Below are positions 13,476 through 25,925 of a DNA stretch of 64,000 nt, piece after piece. Location: assembly GCF_006345805.1 (NCBI RefSeq), contig NC_043019.1, forward strand, positions 25,481,360 through 25,545,359, given 5' to 3'. Every line of letters starts with the position of its first letter. Positions within the stretch are counted from its first letter, which is position 1. Source of the DNA: Octopus sinensis (Eukaryota). The position numbers and the translations under genes are program-made. The notes under the pieces are model-generated. The model did not search any database and was not told where the DNA came from. It was given only the letters and a program-made list of their open reading frames with translations.

Positions 13476-13564
13476 CTTTAACCACATAAAAACAAATCAT
13501 AAAAGCATGGAACTTGATACCAAGTTAGTCTTACATATGAATAACAGCTATCATACATACATAC

Positions 13565-13604
<40 letters not shown>

Positions 13605-13892
13605 TATGTGCACACACACGTATGCAAAATGAATAAAGTAATGAATGTATATGGTATGATTAACCCATTAGACTATTCCGTCAAATGTAATACTTATCCA
13701 TCCAGATTGTTTTGCATTAACCATGCACAATCCCAGAGCTTTGAGATTTCATTCATATGATTCATTCAATTTTAGAATGATGTTGTAGAATAAGTTTGTC
13801 AGGCTAATTCTGGCCAGTTTGAGCATAAAACAGGAAAAGGTTAAAAGCAGGAAGTTTAAAATGAAGTTATTGGATAGACAGTAACATGTTTC

Positions 13893-14012
13893 ATCATCAT
13901 CATCATCGTCGTTTAGCGTCCGTTTTCCATGCTAGCATGGGTTGGACGGTTCTACTGGGGTCTGTGAAGCCAGAAGGCTTCATCAGGCCCAGTCAAATCT
14001 GGCAGTGTTTCT
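13893..14012 (-). mobile_element. 3' fragment of a dispersed retroposon ending catgctagcatggaaa.cggacg.taaa(cga/tga)n
   Basis: Reverse complement of the 3' end of the element at 24833-25198. Confidence 0.7.
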
Positions 14013-15044
14013 ATAATAACAATTCTCATATTTCTTGTTATTTATGTGCATGTGTGGTATTTGTTCCAGCCCTCTGGAGTCGGTTCAAATTCTGCTGAAA
14101 TATTTAACTTTGCTTTTAAATAGTGTATTTTTTAAAAATTATTTTTGTAACAGGAGGTGGTAGTTGTTGATAAAGTAAATTATTAGTCAAGTCTTGGGAG
14201 GTTAGCAGAGTGTTTTAAAGTTAGGGATGAGGTACATTGTATTGTTTATGTCCAGCCATTTGTGTTGTGGATTCTGAGTTCTGATATACCATCTCCTGCT
14301 CTGTTTAACATCTCTTTGTCCTTGGATCCCTTCAACAGATCTCGCTATATTGCAGTCATTTGGGCCAAGTTTTAGGGTTCCTGAGCAAAGCAATGTTCAA
14401 GCTCACTGTTCTCTTGTCTCTCACTAAATGGTGAAAAACAACAAAATAACTCTTTGTTCATTTTATTAGCTTTGAATGATTATGAAAACTTTAGGATATA
14501 TATATATATATTTATACAGTTCTCTTTATGAGTGTTTAACTTTTTATTTTTAACATTTTGGTAAAATTTGACAATTATTATTTGTTTTGGTTTGGTATAT
14601 TACAAAATATAAAAATTCAATTGAAATTATTTTTTTTCTATAGCCATGGTTGGTTCCTAATTAGAAACAAAACTAAACAAATATATATAACTAAGTGGAT
14701 GTATGAAAACTTTCACACACCCTTGTTATAGTATAATTACTGCTCCCTTCACTACCATATTTGACAAAAATTGCTTTCTCCCAGCTTAGGGAGAAAGCCT
14801 GTAGGTAAGGGAGGAAAACAATTTAGTTAATGGTCTATTAATTAATTAATGAATTGATTATTACTGGGATAATTTTCATAATGTTGGCTTAGTTCATTAA
14901 ACAAGTTTGGAATCCTGTTTGTAAATTTGTGTTTTATTTACTAGAATGCCAATGTTGTTCTCATTTATTAGGTTTGGTCATGCAAACAGGAAAACAGAAC
15001 TCAAAACATGAGTTTGTGTATTTTATTTTGTATAATTAGTATAA

Positions 15045-15392
15045 GGCAGTGAGCTGGCAGAACTGTTGGCAAACCAGACCAAATGCTTAGTGGCATTTCG
15101 TCTGTCCTTACATTCTGAGTTCAAATCTCACTGGGGTTAACTTTTGCCTTTCGTCCTTTTCAGATCAATAAAATAAGTACCAGTTGAATTCTGAGGTCTA
15201 TGCAATCATTTTAACCCCTCTCCCAAAATTACTGATCTTGTGTTCAAATTTAAAGCCCTTATTATTAAAGTGGTGAGCTGGAAGAATTGTTAGCATGCCA
15301 GGCAAAATGCTTTGTGGCACTTTGCCTGTCTTTATGTTCTGAGTTCAAATCCCACTGAGGCTAACTTTGTCTTTCATCCTTTTGGGGTCAAT
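15045..15392 (+). mobile_element. Two tandem SINE family A copies
   Basis: Heads at about 15045 and 15268, each with family A body. Confidence 0.8.
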
Positions 15393-15462
15393 AATCAACA
15401 ATTACAGAGCAACATGAAGGCGAAGAATTTTTATTTATTATTTCTATATAAAGGCGTAGGAG

Positions 15463-15855
15463 TGGCTGTGTGGTAAGTAGCTTGCTTACCAACCACACGG
15501 TTCCAGGTTCAGTCCCACTGTGACACCAAGGGCAAGTGTCTTCTACTATAGCCTCGGGCCGACCAAAGCCTTGTGAGTGGATTTGGTAGACGGAAACTGA
15601 AAGAAGCCTGTTGTATATATGTATATATATGTATGTGTGTGATTATGTTTGTGTGTCTATGTTTGTCCCCCCAACATCGCTTGACAACCGATGCTGGTGT
15701 GTTTACATCCCTGTAACTTAGTGGTTCAGCAAAAGAGACTGATAAAATAAGTACTAGGCTTACAAAGTATAAGTACTGGGGTCGATTTGCTCAACTCAAG
15801 AGCGGTACTCCAGCATGGCCACAGTCAAGTGACTGAAACAAGTAAAAGAGTAAAG
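15463..15855 (+). mobile_element. SINE family B, near full length
   Basis: ggcgtaggagtggctgtgtggtaag head through gactgaaacaagtaaaagagtaaa tail. Confidence 0.85.
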
Positions 15856-16217
15856 GATTTAACTGTTAGCCATAGTGGGGGTTTTTTAAGGTCCCCTCAG
15901 AAGTGCTCTTTAGAATTAACGAGTGTAGAACAGAGGCTGGGTTTGTTTGTTAGGGCCAAAAAAGAAAAAAAAAGTTGGTTATTAGGTGCAAGTCCAATGA
16001 TAATTAGATTTGCTGAAGATAATTAGTTACTCTTGTAATTTACATATCCTAACTTTATGTTCTTGTGTTTGGTGTTTGTCTATTCTTGGAACTGACCATT
16101 CAGACAGGAATTGCCTGGAGTTGGTGAAGCATTGAGTGGATGCACATGTGTTATGGTCTTCAGAATTTACCAAGAGCAACTTTCTGCCTTTCATTATTCC
16201 TGACTACTGTCATGTAT

Positions 16218-16249
<32 letters not shown>

Positions 16250-17070
16250 CTGCTGTATGGGGAAACTAACAATAAAATGTGGGCTGACATACTAACTGTA
16301 ATAAATTTAGCTATGTTAACTAATCAACACTTCATCTCTAATGAAAAGAATCATTTATTATCTAAATGAGTAACTCTGGTAAAAAAAACATTGGGGAGAC
16401 AACCCTAGAATTTGTGTTGAACCTAATAGAAAAGGATCTTTATACAATATGGTGATAATTATGAACATGTTTCAATCTTATTAAACCTTTTCAGTAAAGC
16501 AGGTTCTATTTAACCATTACAGCAGATCTTAGATGATCTTAGAAATATAGAAGCGTTTTATGGATGAACACAGTGTTGCATGTTATAGTCGATTCAATCG
16601 TGTATTGTTACTCATGAAAGTTTGTCCCTTCTGTATATCTTCCTTTCACCTAGTCAAAGTATACCAGTAATAAACCACTTCAACAAGGGTTTCTGGAGCT
16701 ATCTGTTTGATTAAAACCCACCAAGGTGATGCCATGGCATGGCCACAGTCCAATGACCTGAAACAAAATAAAAAGGACTATCTGTCCTCTCTCTCGATGT
16801 CTATCTATCTATCTGCCCATTCATTTATCTGTCTATCTGACCATTCACCTGTCTATCTATCTATCTATCTATCTTTATCAATTCATCTATCTATCTATCT
16901 ATCCACACACACACACCAATATCTGTTTTTGATTTACAAAGGAATTAAGAAATATTATTAAACACAAACACTTGTAGATGTTTTACTAAATCATCACAAG
17001 TGTTCATTATAAATTATGCTTTGACAAACTGAATTTGCAAGCCAGGCTCCATGTTATCTTGCTCAATATG

Positions 17071-17104
<34 letters not shown>

Positions 17105-17116
17105 ACTCCCACCCAC

Positions 17117-17221
17117 ATGTTATCCTTACAAAATGTAGCAATGCCAAAATCATCTGCTGTTTCTTGCTCCCACTTCTCTTTGATGTCAGTGAGGGCGAAC
17201 CTCCCGTGTTTATCAACACTT
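17117..17221 (-). CDS. Candidate exon of an unidentified minus-strand gene
   Basis: ttttcctaatgag|a acceptor and aacat|gtgggt donor. 105 nt, symmetric phase 2-2, reads SVDKHGRFALTDIKEKWEQETADDFGIATFCKDN. The plus strand also has a plausible acceptor and open frame, so the strand is uncertain. Confidence 0.3.
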
Positions 17222-17654
17222 CTCATTAGGAAAATATTAATTAAATTTATTGGGTTCATGTTTTAAAATTACAGAAAACAAATATCTGTTTGAAGAATGA
17301 AAATTATGACGAAATTAAAGTAATTCTTTTTATGGAGTGGTGGATCTTGAAATAGATAAAGCTATAAATAACAGCATGTAAATGCTGGGTTAAAAATCCC
17401 TATTTACACCCTATTATTTACAGCTTTATGTAACCCTTTAGCCTTCAGGTTATTCTGTCAAATGTAATGCTTGTTTATTTACATTCTTTTAAATTAATCG
17501 TGCATTGTCTTGTGGCTTCAAGACTTCAATAATTTGTTTGTTTATTTTTAGAATGACATTGTAAGGTAGGTATGAGAGGTCAGATCTGGTTTATTTGAAC
17601 TTAAGACAGAACAATTGAGCCAGATGTGGGGGTTGGTTTAAATATTAAAGGTTT

Positions 17655-18414
17655 GGTAGTGAGCTGGCAGAGACATTAGCACATTGGACAAAATATGCGA
17701 CTGCATTTTTTCCAGCTTTACGTTTTGAGTTCAAATCCTGACAATGTTGACTCTGCCTTTCAAACTTTCAGAGTCAGGAAAATAATTACCAGTCGATTAC
17801 TGTGGATGGTGGAACCAATTAACCTCTCGCTCAAAATCTCAGAAATTATTAATAATAGCTTTTTTTTGTTTTGAGATCCACTATTCCAGAAAACAAATTT
17901 CTCTCTTCACTTGAAGTTAAAAGTTCTCATAATGAAATTCTTGTTCATATGCCCCCCCCCTCCTCCTGATTTTTCCAATTTCCTAGTTGAGACTTACTCT
18001 TTCTAAGCAAGTTTTATGGTGTGTTTTTGCGTTGCTATACTTTTTAACCCCAGTATTTCATCCACCATTCTTTTGGGCTAAAAATAATGATTGCTGAAAA
18101 AATCTTTTTACACACACACATATATATGCATATATTAAATATATATGTATGTATATGTATATATATATGTATATATATGTATATATATACATATATGTGT
18201 ATATATATATGTATATATATGTATATATATATGTATATACATATATATATACTGTAGTGATACAGAGAAATGTGTTTTGTTTGTGTGTGTGTATGTCTGT
18301 ATGTATGTACAATAGAAATAAGAAAATAATATGGAGACAACTGTATAAAATGGACAAATAAAGATGTGTGTTTTTTATATATTGTAATTATCATTGATTT
18401 TTTTAATATTATTA

Positions 18415-18446
<32 letters not shown>

Positions 18447-19745
18447 TGTTAAGGCAGTGAGCTGGTGAATTGTTAGCATGCTGGATCAAATGCCTAGTGG
18501 TATTTCACCTGTCACTACATCCTGAGTTTAAATTCCGCCGAGGATGATTTTTGCCTTTCATCCCTTCGGGGGTCGATAAAATAAGTACCAGTTGAATACT
18601 GGGGTCACTGTAATCCACTAGCCCCTCCCCTCAGATTTCAAGTCTTGGGCCTATAACAGAAAGGATTATTATTACTATTATTTGTTAAGGCTGCAAATTG
18701 GCAGAATCATTAGCACACGGATGTAACGCTTAGTGGCATTTGGCCTGTCTTTACATTCTGAGTTCAAATGCCACCAAGGTCAATTTTACCTTTCATTGTT
18801 TCAGGGTCAAGGATATAAGTACCAATTGAACAGTGGGGTCGATGTGATCAACTGGCAGCTCCCCTAAAATTTCAGGCCTTGTGCTTATTATTATTGTAAC
18901 TATTAAGGGTGTGAGCTGGCAGAATCGTTAGCACGCTGGGCAAAATGCTCAAGCAGTATTTTGTCTGTCTTTACATTCTGAGTTCAAATTCCACCAAGGT
19001 TGACTTTGCTTTACATCCTTTTAGTGGGGTCAATAAATTAAGTATCAGTAATGCACTGGGGTTGATGTAATCAACTTAACCCCTCCCTTGAACTTACAGG
19101 TCTTGTTCCAAAATTTGAAACTTATTATTATTTTCAGTGGATGGGTGGGAGAATACCTTAGAAGGTGGGGTGATAAGATAAAATACTAGTCAAGTACTGG
19201 GGTCAATGTCCTTGAGGGACCCCTGCCCTTAAAATCATTGGCTTTGTACCTAAATTAGAAACAAATATCATTCTAATGATTCTCTTGCGGTGGCAAGTTG
19301 GCAGAAGTGTTTACATGCTGGACAAAATTCTTTGTGGAATTTTGTCTGTCTTCACGTTCTGAGTTCAAATTCCACTGAGGTTGACTTTACCATTCATCCT
19401 TTCAAGGTTGATTAAATAAGCACCAGTGAAGCCCTGGGGTCAATGAGACTGACTTATCCTGCCGCCAAATTTCAGGCCTTGTGCCTGCAGTAGAAAGGAA
19501 TTTTACAATTATTCTAAGTGGGTGGGTCGTAGATGTGGGAGACTGGTGAACAAATAAATTTGTGTTATTTAGGTAAACCTCTAGATTCTGGGTTCAAATT
19601 CTGTCAGAATCAACACTCTTTTTCATCTGTTTGGGGTGGAGTGGATCAAAAAAATTTGTAGCAGTCAAATACTGGGGTTTTATAGAATTGACTGTGCCTT
19701 TCCCTAATATTTCTGGCCTTGCGCCTAAGTAATATCATTTCTAGA
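17655..19745 (+). mobile_element. Train of about 7 head-to-tail SINE family A copies of differing age
   Basis: Copies start near 17655, 18450, 18688, 18905, 19130 (partial), 19288 and 19570 (degenerate), mostly separated by short (ATT)n. Confidence 0.85.
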
Positions 19746-21016
19746 AAGTTCCATGGTAGATCAGATAATTGACTTTTAGATGTTGGGGAGCAAGTGTCAG
19801 CTTATCTGGCAGGTCTTTAATCTTGTCTAAGACCTATGGGGCAAAGCTCTATAAAAAAACCTTTCCCCTGACTAGTTTCATGGCCATACAAGATGTTGTT
19901 GTTGTTGTTGTTATTGTCGTTGTTGTTGTTGCTGTTATAGTAGTAAAGACCCTATTGGCTAACACCATGATGAATTTATCAACCCTTCCCCCGTTCACTC
20001 TGCACCCCACCCCATCACCTGATGATGCTAAGGCTAATTAAAGCCTACTTAAGAAACCTCCACCACCACCATCATCATTATCATCATCATCATCATCATT
20101 ATCATGTTCATGATCATCATTATTTTTGCCAAGAGTGGCAGACATGGGTAGAGCACCAGACTAGATGCTTCGCAGCATTTAGTACCGTCCCTTGACTTTT
20201 TCTGATTTCAGATCACATCAGGGCTAAACGTTTTGTCTTTCATCCCAATGGGGGGGTCGGGTTGGAAGGTGGTAGTGGTGGGGGTGGGTGGGTGTTGGGA
20301 TTGATAAGTTACGAATACCAGTCATATCACTGGGTTCAAATTAATTGACCTGATCCTTTTTTTTTTGGCCCCTCCTCTCCTTTTTTTCCCTTACAAATGC
20401 CTGGCCTTATGCCATTGTCAGAAATCAATATTATTGTCTTTGTGGCGTCTCCTCATCCAGCGCCTTTGTGGCACATAACTTACTATTATTACTATTATTA
20501 TTATTATTATTATTTATTTTTTTTATTTTTTAAAATCTATTTGGTATCCCTGTGTATACCTCAGTGTCTAATTGTCTGAGGTGTGTGTTTCTTTTTTTTA
20601 TTTTTAATAATTTTTTTTTTCTGTTTGTGTTATTTCTATATCATCTACGGAACATTGTGTTGGAGCAAAGATATAGAGAACGTTCTTGAACAAACAATTA
20701 TATATGTACGGGGTTTACACATCATCTCACTCAAATAAGAAGTAAATAAAAAAAACAAAACAAAAGAATATTAATAAAGAAGAGAAAAAATACTACGACG
20801 ATAAATAATTATGACTTTCTCATTATTATTATTATTATTATTATTATTTTCTTCAAATTTGTTTAATATTGTTCTTAATATGTACATAAAGCACAGGAAT
20901 GGTTGTGTGGTTAAGGAATCGATTTTCCAATCGCATGGTTTCGGGTTCAGACCCATTGTGCTGTACCTTGGGCAAGTGACTTTTGCTATAGTTCCAGGTC
21001 AACCAAAGCCTTGTGA

Positions 21017-21151
21017 AATTGAATGGACAGGCTGGGTCAATCAGTATGCCAATTTGGTTTTCCTTGTTTATTATTGTAATATCTGGTTCGTTATGGTCCA
21101 TCTTGTCTATTTGAATGGGAAAATCCCACTGAATCTTGCATGTTTCCCATT
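21017..21151 (-). mobile_element. R4/Dong-clade non-LTR retrotransposon fragment (restriction-like endonuclease)
   Basis: ETCKIQWDFPIQIDKMDHNEPDITIINKENQIGILIDPACPF matches the WDF..(R)PDI....IID..CP RLE motif. Confidence 0.8.
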
Positions 21152-21789
21152 CAGGTAAACGGAAATTAAGTAGGAGGAAAGGCAAATTCGTTTGCAGCAG
21201 ACACGGCCCAAGGAATTTTTTTGAAGGGAAGGCACAAGGTCAGGAGTGAATTCAGTTCCAGGAGAAAAGGGCGTAATAACATTATTTAGAAGGGCGCACT
21301 TCTTTCCTTGTGGTGGGCACGTGCCCCTCAGGCCTCCTGCCTTTGTGCAGTCTGATGACTGGGAATGTGAAATGTGAAAAATTAGATGAGTTGCCATCTG
21401 TCAAAACCAAAAAAACAAAAACAAACAGTTCTCATCTTTGGCATTGAACTGTTTTGAAGTTCTCTCCTTGTACCTACACGTCACTACACATGCTCACATA
21501 CACATACACATATGCATACATACTCCGACACACAAGTGCTCCTGCACACAAACATTTGTTGTGTTCCTTTGCTCAGGCGATAAGGATGCACAATACTCAT
21601 TGCCAAGGGTTGAGAGTTTAAAATATTACAGCTGACACCTCACAGCTAGTTATTTGAATTGGATACGTTCATGCACATATGCAGCGTATGTGTGTGTGTG
21701 TGTGTGTGTATTCATGAGTATTAATACCAAAAGGTAATTTTAATACCCAACTGAACGTGGATGTCTTGTAAGAACATCAAATACTGTGA

Positions 21790-22272
21790 TATTAGCCTTG
21801 AGAGATCCTCTTTTATAGGCACTTGGTGCGTAAAAGCTTCAACTTTCATGATACTTTGTTTCATGTAGGGGGACCACAGTGGGCAACAGTATTCAAGGTG
21901 GGGTCGGGCAAAAGTAGAGAAGAGAAGGATAATAGTGTGGATATCTCTCGACTGAGAATCCAGGAACACATTCTGTGGGCCATGTCAACTTTGCTGCTTA
22001 TATGAGTTGCCCAGCTCATGATGTTGTCCACAGTTACTCCCAAGTCTCTGATGTTGTTGGATGCCATGAGAATTTTACCCGAAGGAAGAGAGTATGGGAG
22101 TTTCAGGTTATCTTCTTTTCCGAAGTGGATTAACTCAAATTCGTCCTTGTTCAATAACATATTCTTTTCTGCCCATTGGATGACAGCCAGTAGATCTCAC
22201 TCAAGGCATGCCCAATCCCCCACTTCATTGATGACCTTCTGGATCTTGGAATCATCTGCAAATGAACATATA
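21790..22272 (-). mobile_element. CR1/L2/Jockey-group LINE reverse-transcriptase C-terminal fragment
   Basis: FADDSKI, IRDLGVTVD..MSW..HI and FARPHLEYCCPLWSPY motifs, with stops and frameshifts. Confidence 0.85.
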
Positions 22273-22274
22273 TA

Positions 22275-23400
22275 CAGGGGTTGGACAAAATAATGGAAAC
22301 ACTTCAAAATTTCAAACAAATTAATTTTAATATGGAGTAGGACCACTTTTGGCAGTAATTACGACCTGAATTCTACGAGGTATGGACTCGTACAAAGTTT
22401 GAAGTGTTTCCAAAAGAATTTTTATCCCTTCTTCAGCTAAAACAGTCTCCAGTTCTTGTAGTTATGATGGTGGAGGATATCGACTCCTTACATGTTTTTT
22501 CTAAAATGTACCATAAATGATCAATAATATTGAGTTCTGGGGACTGTGGTGGCCATATAAGATGTTGAACTTCACTAGAATGTTCCTCATGCCATTCAGT
22601 TACAACTTAAGCTGTGAGAATTGGTGTATTATCATCCTGAAAGATTGTGTTTCCCTCAGAAACAGTTCCTCAAACATAGGATGCATTTGATCAGATAAAA
22701 TGCTTAAATAGTCTTGACTATTAATTCTGCCATGAAGAGAAACCATTGAGCCGGCGGATTTCCAAGATGTAGCCTCCCAACCCCAGATCATCACAGATCC
22801 TCCTCCATGTTTAACAGTTGGAAGAAGGCAGTCTAGGTCAAATGCTTCTTTTGGCTGTCTCCACACATATTGGTTGGAAATAATGTAAAGGATGACTCAT
22901 CTGAGAAAATAACATTCTTCCACTGCTCTAGGGACCAGTTCTGTAGGTTTTTACTCCATTCTAAACGCTTTGCAACGTTTGAAAGTAGTGGTTTTCTGAT
23001 TGCAGCTCTCCCGTGAAATCTGGCTTTCTGCAGCTTCCGGCGAACAGTTTTTGTGGAAACTGGATTCTTGAGGTGGTCATTAAGCTCTGCAGTAATTTTG
23101 GGAGTTGTACTTTTGTGATCCTTTCTAACAATTCAAGTAAGTGTCCGACGGTCCCTATCTGAAAGCTTTGGTTTTCTTCTGGCATCTTGTTTCGACAAGG
23201 AGGTTTTTCCCTCTTTCTCAAAAGCTGTCATTACTTTCGAGAGAGTACTTCTTGGTACACCAAACATTTTGGCTGTTTTCATTACGCTAGCGCCTGCTAT
23301 ACGAGCACCAACAATTTGATCTCTTTGAAAGTCTGATAGATCTGTCATTTTAATGAATTTTAATTACCTTTTTGCTGATTGTATCTGAAAAGAAACAGTA
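22275..23400 (-). mobile_element. Decayed Tc1-family DNA transposon
   Basis: TA followed by a caggggttggacaaaataatggaaacac terminus. Transposase pieces MTDLSDFQRDQIVGAR (HTH), FSDESSF, WRQPKEAF..PTVKHGGGSVMIWG, QDDN and WPPQSPELNII. Stops and frameshifts present; the second TIR is not seen. Confidence 0.9.
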
Positions 23401-23512
23401 ATTTTAGCAAAACATATTAAACAACACTAATAATAGATTTAAAAAATCATACCCTAGCAAAACATATTAAACAACACTAATAATAAATAAAAAAAAATCA
23501 TACCCAGAGTAT

Positions 23513-23918
23513 ATGCGCAGGAGTGGCTGTATGGTAAGTAGCTTGTTTACCAACCACATGGTTCCAGGTTCAGTCCCACTGCGTGGCACCTTGGGCAAGT
23601 GTCTTCTACTATAGCCTCGGGCCAACCAAAGCTTTGTGAGTGGATTTGGAAGACAGAAACTGAAAGAAGCCCGTCGTATATATGTATATATATATATATA
23701 TGCATGTGTGTGTTTGTGTGTCTGTGTTTGTCCCCCTAGCATTGCTTGACAACCGATGCTGGTGTGTTTATGTCCCCGTTACTTAGTGGTTCAGCAAAAG
23801 AGACCGATAGAATAAGTACTGGGCTTACAAAAGAATAAGTCCCAGGGTCAAGTTGCCCGATTAAAGGCGGTGCTCCAGCATGGCCGCAGTCAAATGACTG
23901 AAACAAGCAAAAGAGAGT
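23513..23918 (+). mobile_element. SINE family B, full length
   Basis: Complete head, CORE-like block, internal (TA/TG)n and tail. Confidence 0.9.
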
Positions 23919-24358
23919 AAACCAAGAGGAGAGTGGACTTTTCTTCACATCCAAACCTTTTTTATTGAAAGGTTTTCTACAGCATATACAACACTGGCCT
24001 ACATATGTTTCCACTGCAGCAACTGCACAATGTTTTTTGCAGTTATACATCCTAGTCGCTGCAGTTTCATCAAGGGTCCATGAACTAATTCAAACAAGCT
24101 TCCTGCGTTAGTATTCAGTTGCAGGTGATAGCGTTACTTTTCAAATCCAATGGAACTCTGCTCTTTTAATCACCTCTCCTACTGTAACAGTGCTTCGAAA
24201 ATGTTTTTTATATATTACAATTAATTGTAGCAATTTTGTTTACAGTTTACCATGTGGAGTACATTAACTTAATTCTGAGGCACTTCACTTATGTTGGGTT
24301 TATAACCGCAATTAATATTATTGTTATTATTATTATTAATAGTAGTATTTGTATAAAT

Positions 24359-24742
24359 GGAAGCACTCTGTCGGTTACGACGACGAGGGTTCTGGTTGAT
24401 CCGAATCAACGGAACAGCCTGCTCGTGAAATTAACGTGTAAGTGGCTGAGCACTCCACAGACACGTGTACCCTTAACGTAGTTCTCGGGGATATTCAGCG
24501 TGACACAAAGAGTGACAAGGCCGGCCCTTTGAAATACAGGTACAACAGAAAGAGGAAGTAAGAGTGAGAGAAAGTTGTGGTGAAAGAGTACAGCAGGGAT
24601 CACCACCATCCCCTGCCGGAGCCTCGTGGAGCTTTAGGTGTTTTCGCTCAATAAACACTCACAATGCCCGGTCTGAGAATCGAAACCGCGATCCTATGAC
24701 TGCGAGTCCGCTCCCCTAACCACTGGGCCATTGCGCCTCCAC
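24359..24742 (-). mobile_element. tRNA-derived SINE family C, full length with TSD
   Basis: Head gtggaggcgcaatggcccagtggttaggg..ggtttcgattc on the minus strand. 11-bp TSD tttgtataaat at 24348-24358 and 24743-24753. Confidence 0.9.
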
Positions 24743-24832
24743 TTTGTATAAATATCATTAATTATTACAATAATTATTGTAAATAGTATATTTACTGCAG
24801 CTGGTGAGTTTTGTTTATTTAAGTTGTTTATC

Positions 24833-25198
24833 TGGCACCTGTGTCGGTGGCACATAAAAAACACCATCCGAGCGTGGCCGTTCGCCAGCCTCATCTGGCA
24901 CCTGTGTCGGTGGCACATAAAAACACCATCCGAGCGTGGCCGTCTGCCAGCCTCGACTGGCACCTGTGTCGGTGGCACATAAAAAACACCATCCGAGCGT
25001 GGCCGTTCGCCAGCCTCGTCTGGCACCTGTGTCGGTGGCACATAAAATCACCCACTACACTCTCGGAGTGGTTGGCGTTAGGAAAGGCATCCAGCTGTAG
25101 AAACACTGCCAGATCTGACTGGCCTGGTGCAGCCTTCAGGCTCCCCGGACCCCAGTTGAACCGTCCAACCCATGCTAGCATGGAAAGCGGACGTTAAA
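24833..25198 (+). mobile_element. Dispersed retroposon fragment with three internal 62-63-bp tandem units
   Basis: Units start at 24833, 24896 and 24958, with a partial fourth at 25021. Tail ggttggcgttaggaaaggcatccagc...catgctagcatggaaagcggacgttaaa. Confidence 0.75.
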
Positions 25199-25294
25199 TC
25201 AAATGAATGAATGAATGAAACATGCATTCTCTCAAGTGTGGACATCTTACAGCCTGTTCCTGTGTTGTGTTTATAAGAGTAAATTTAGAAGATA

Positions 25295-25727
25295 CTTATT
25301 CTTTTATTTGTTTCAGTCATTTGACTGTGGCCATGCTGGAGCACCGCCTTGTTAGTCGAGCAAATCGACCCCAGGACTTATTCTTTGTAAGCCTAGTTCT
25401 ATTGGTCTCTTTCGCCGAACCGCTAAGTGATGGGGACACAAACACACCAGCATCGGTTGTCAAGCAATGCTGGGGGAACAAACGCAGACACACAAACATA
25501 TACATACATACATATAAATATATATATTTTTTTTTTCACTTGTTTCAGTCATTTGACTGTGGCCATGCTGGAGCACCGCCTTTAGTCGAGCAACTCGACC
25601 CCAGGACTTATTCTTTGTAAGCCTAGTACCTACTCTATCGGTCTCCTTTGCGTAAACACACCAGCATTGGTTGTCAAGCAATGTTGGGGGGAACAAACAG
25701 AGACACGCAAACCTATACACACAATAC

Positions 25728-25766
<39 letters not shown>

Positions 25767-25925
25767 CGACGGGCTTCTTTCAGTTTCCTTCTACCAAATC
25801 CACTCACAAGGCTTTGGTTGGCCCGAGGCTATAGTAGAAGACACTTGCTCAAAGTGCCATGCAGTGGGACTGAACCCGGGACCATGTGGTTGGTAAGCTA
25901 GCTACTTACCTCACAGCCACTCCTA
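25295..25925 (-). mobile_element. SINE family B: 3'-half copy (25295-25500) plus near-full copy (25535-25925)
   Basis: Both segments are reverse complements of family B. Confidence 0.85.

Noticed and set aside
14240-14385. Exon-like segment open on both strands
   Set aside because: Strand cannot be decided, donors are weak, and phases do not join neighbouring candidates.
16105-16225. Plus-strand frame RNCLELVKH-TGA-VDAHVLWSSEF.. as a selenocysteine exon
   Set aside because: No CxxU-type motif, no SECIS identified, weak donor, and other frames are equally plausible.
20015-20065. CUGAUGA..GAAA hammerhead candidate
   Set aside because: No complementary stem I after a valid NUH site.
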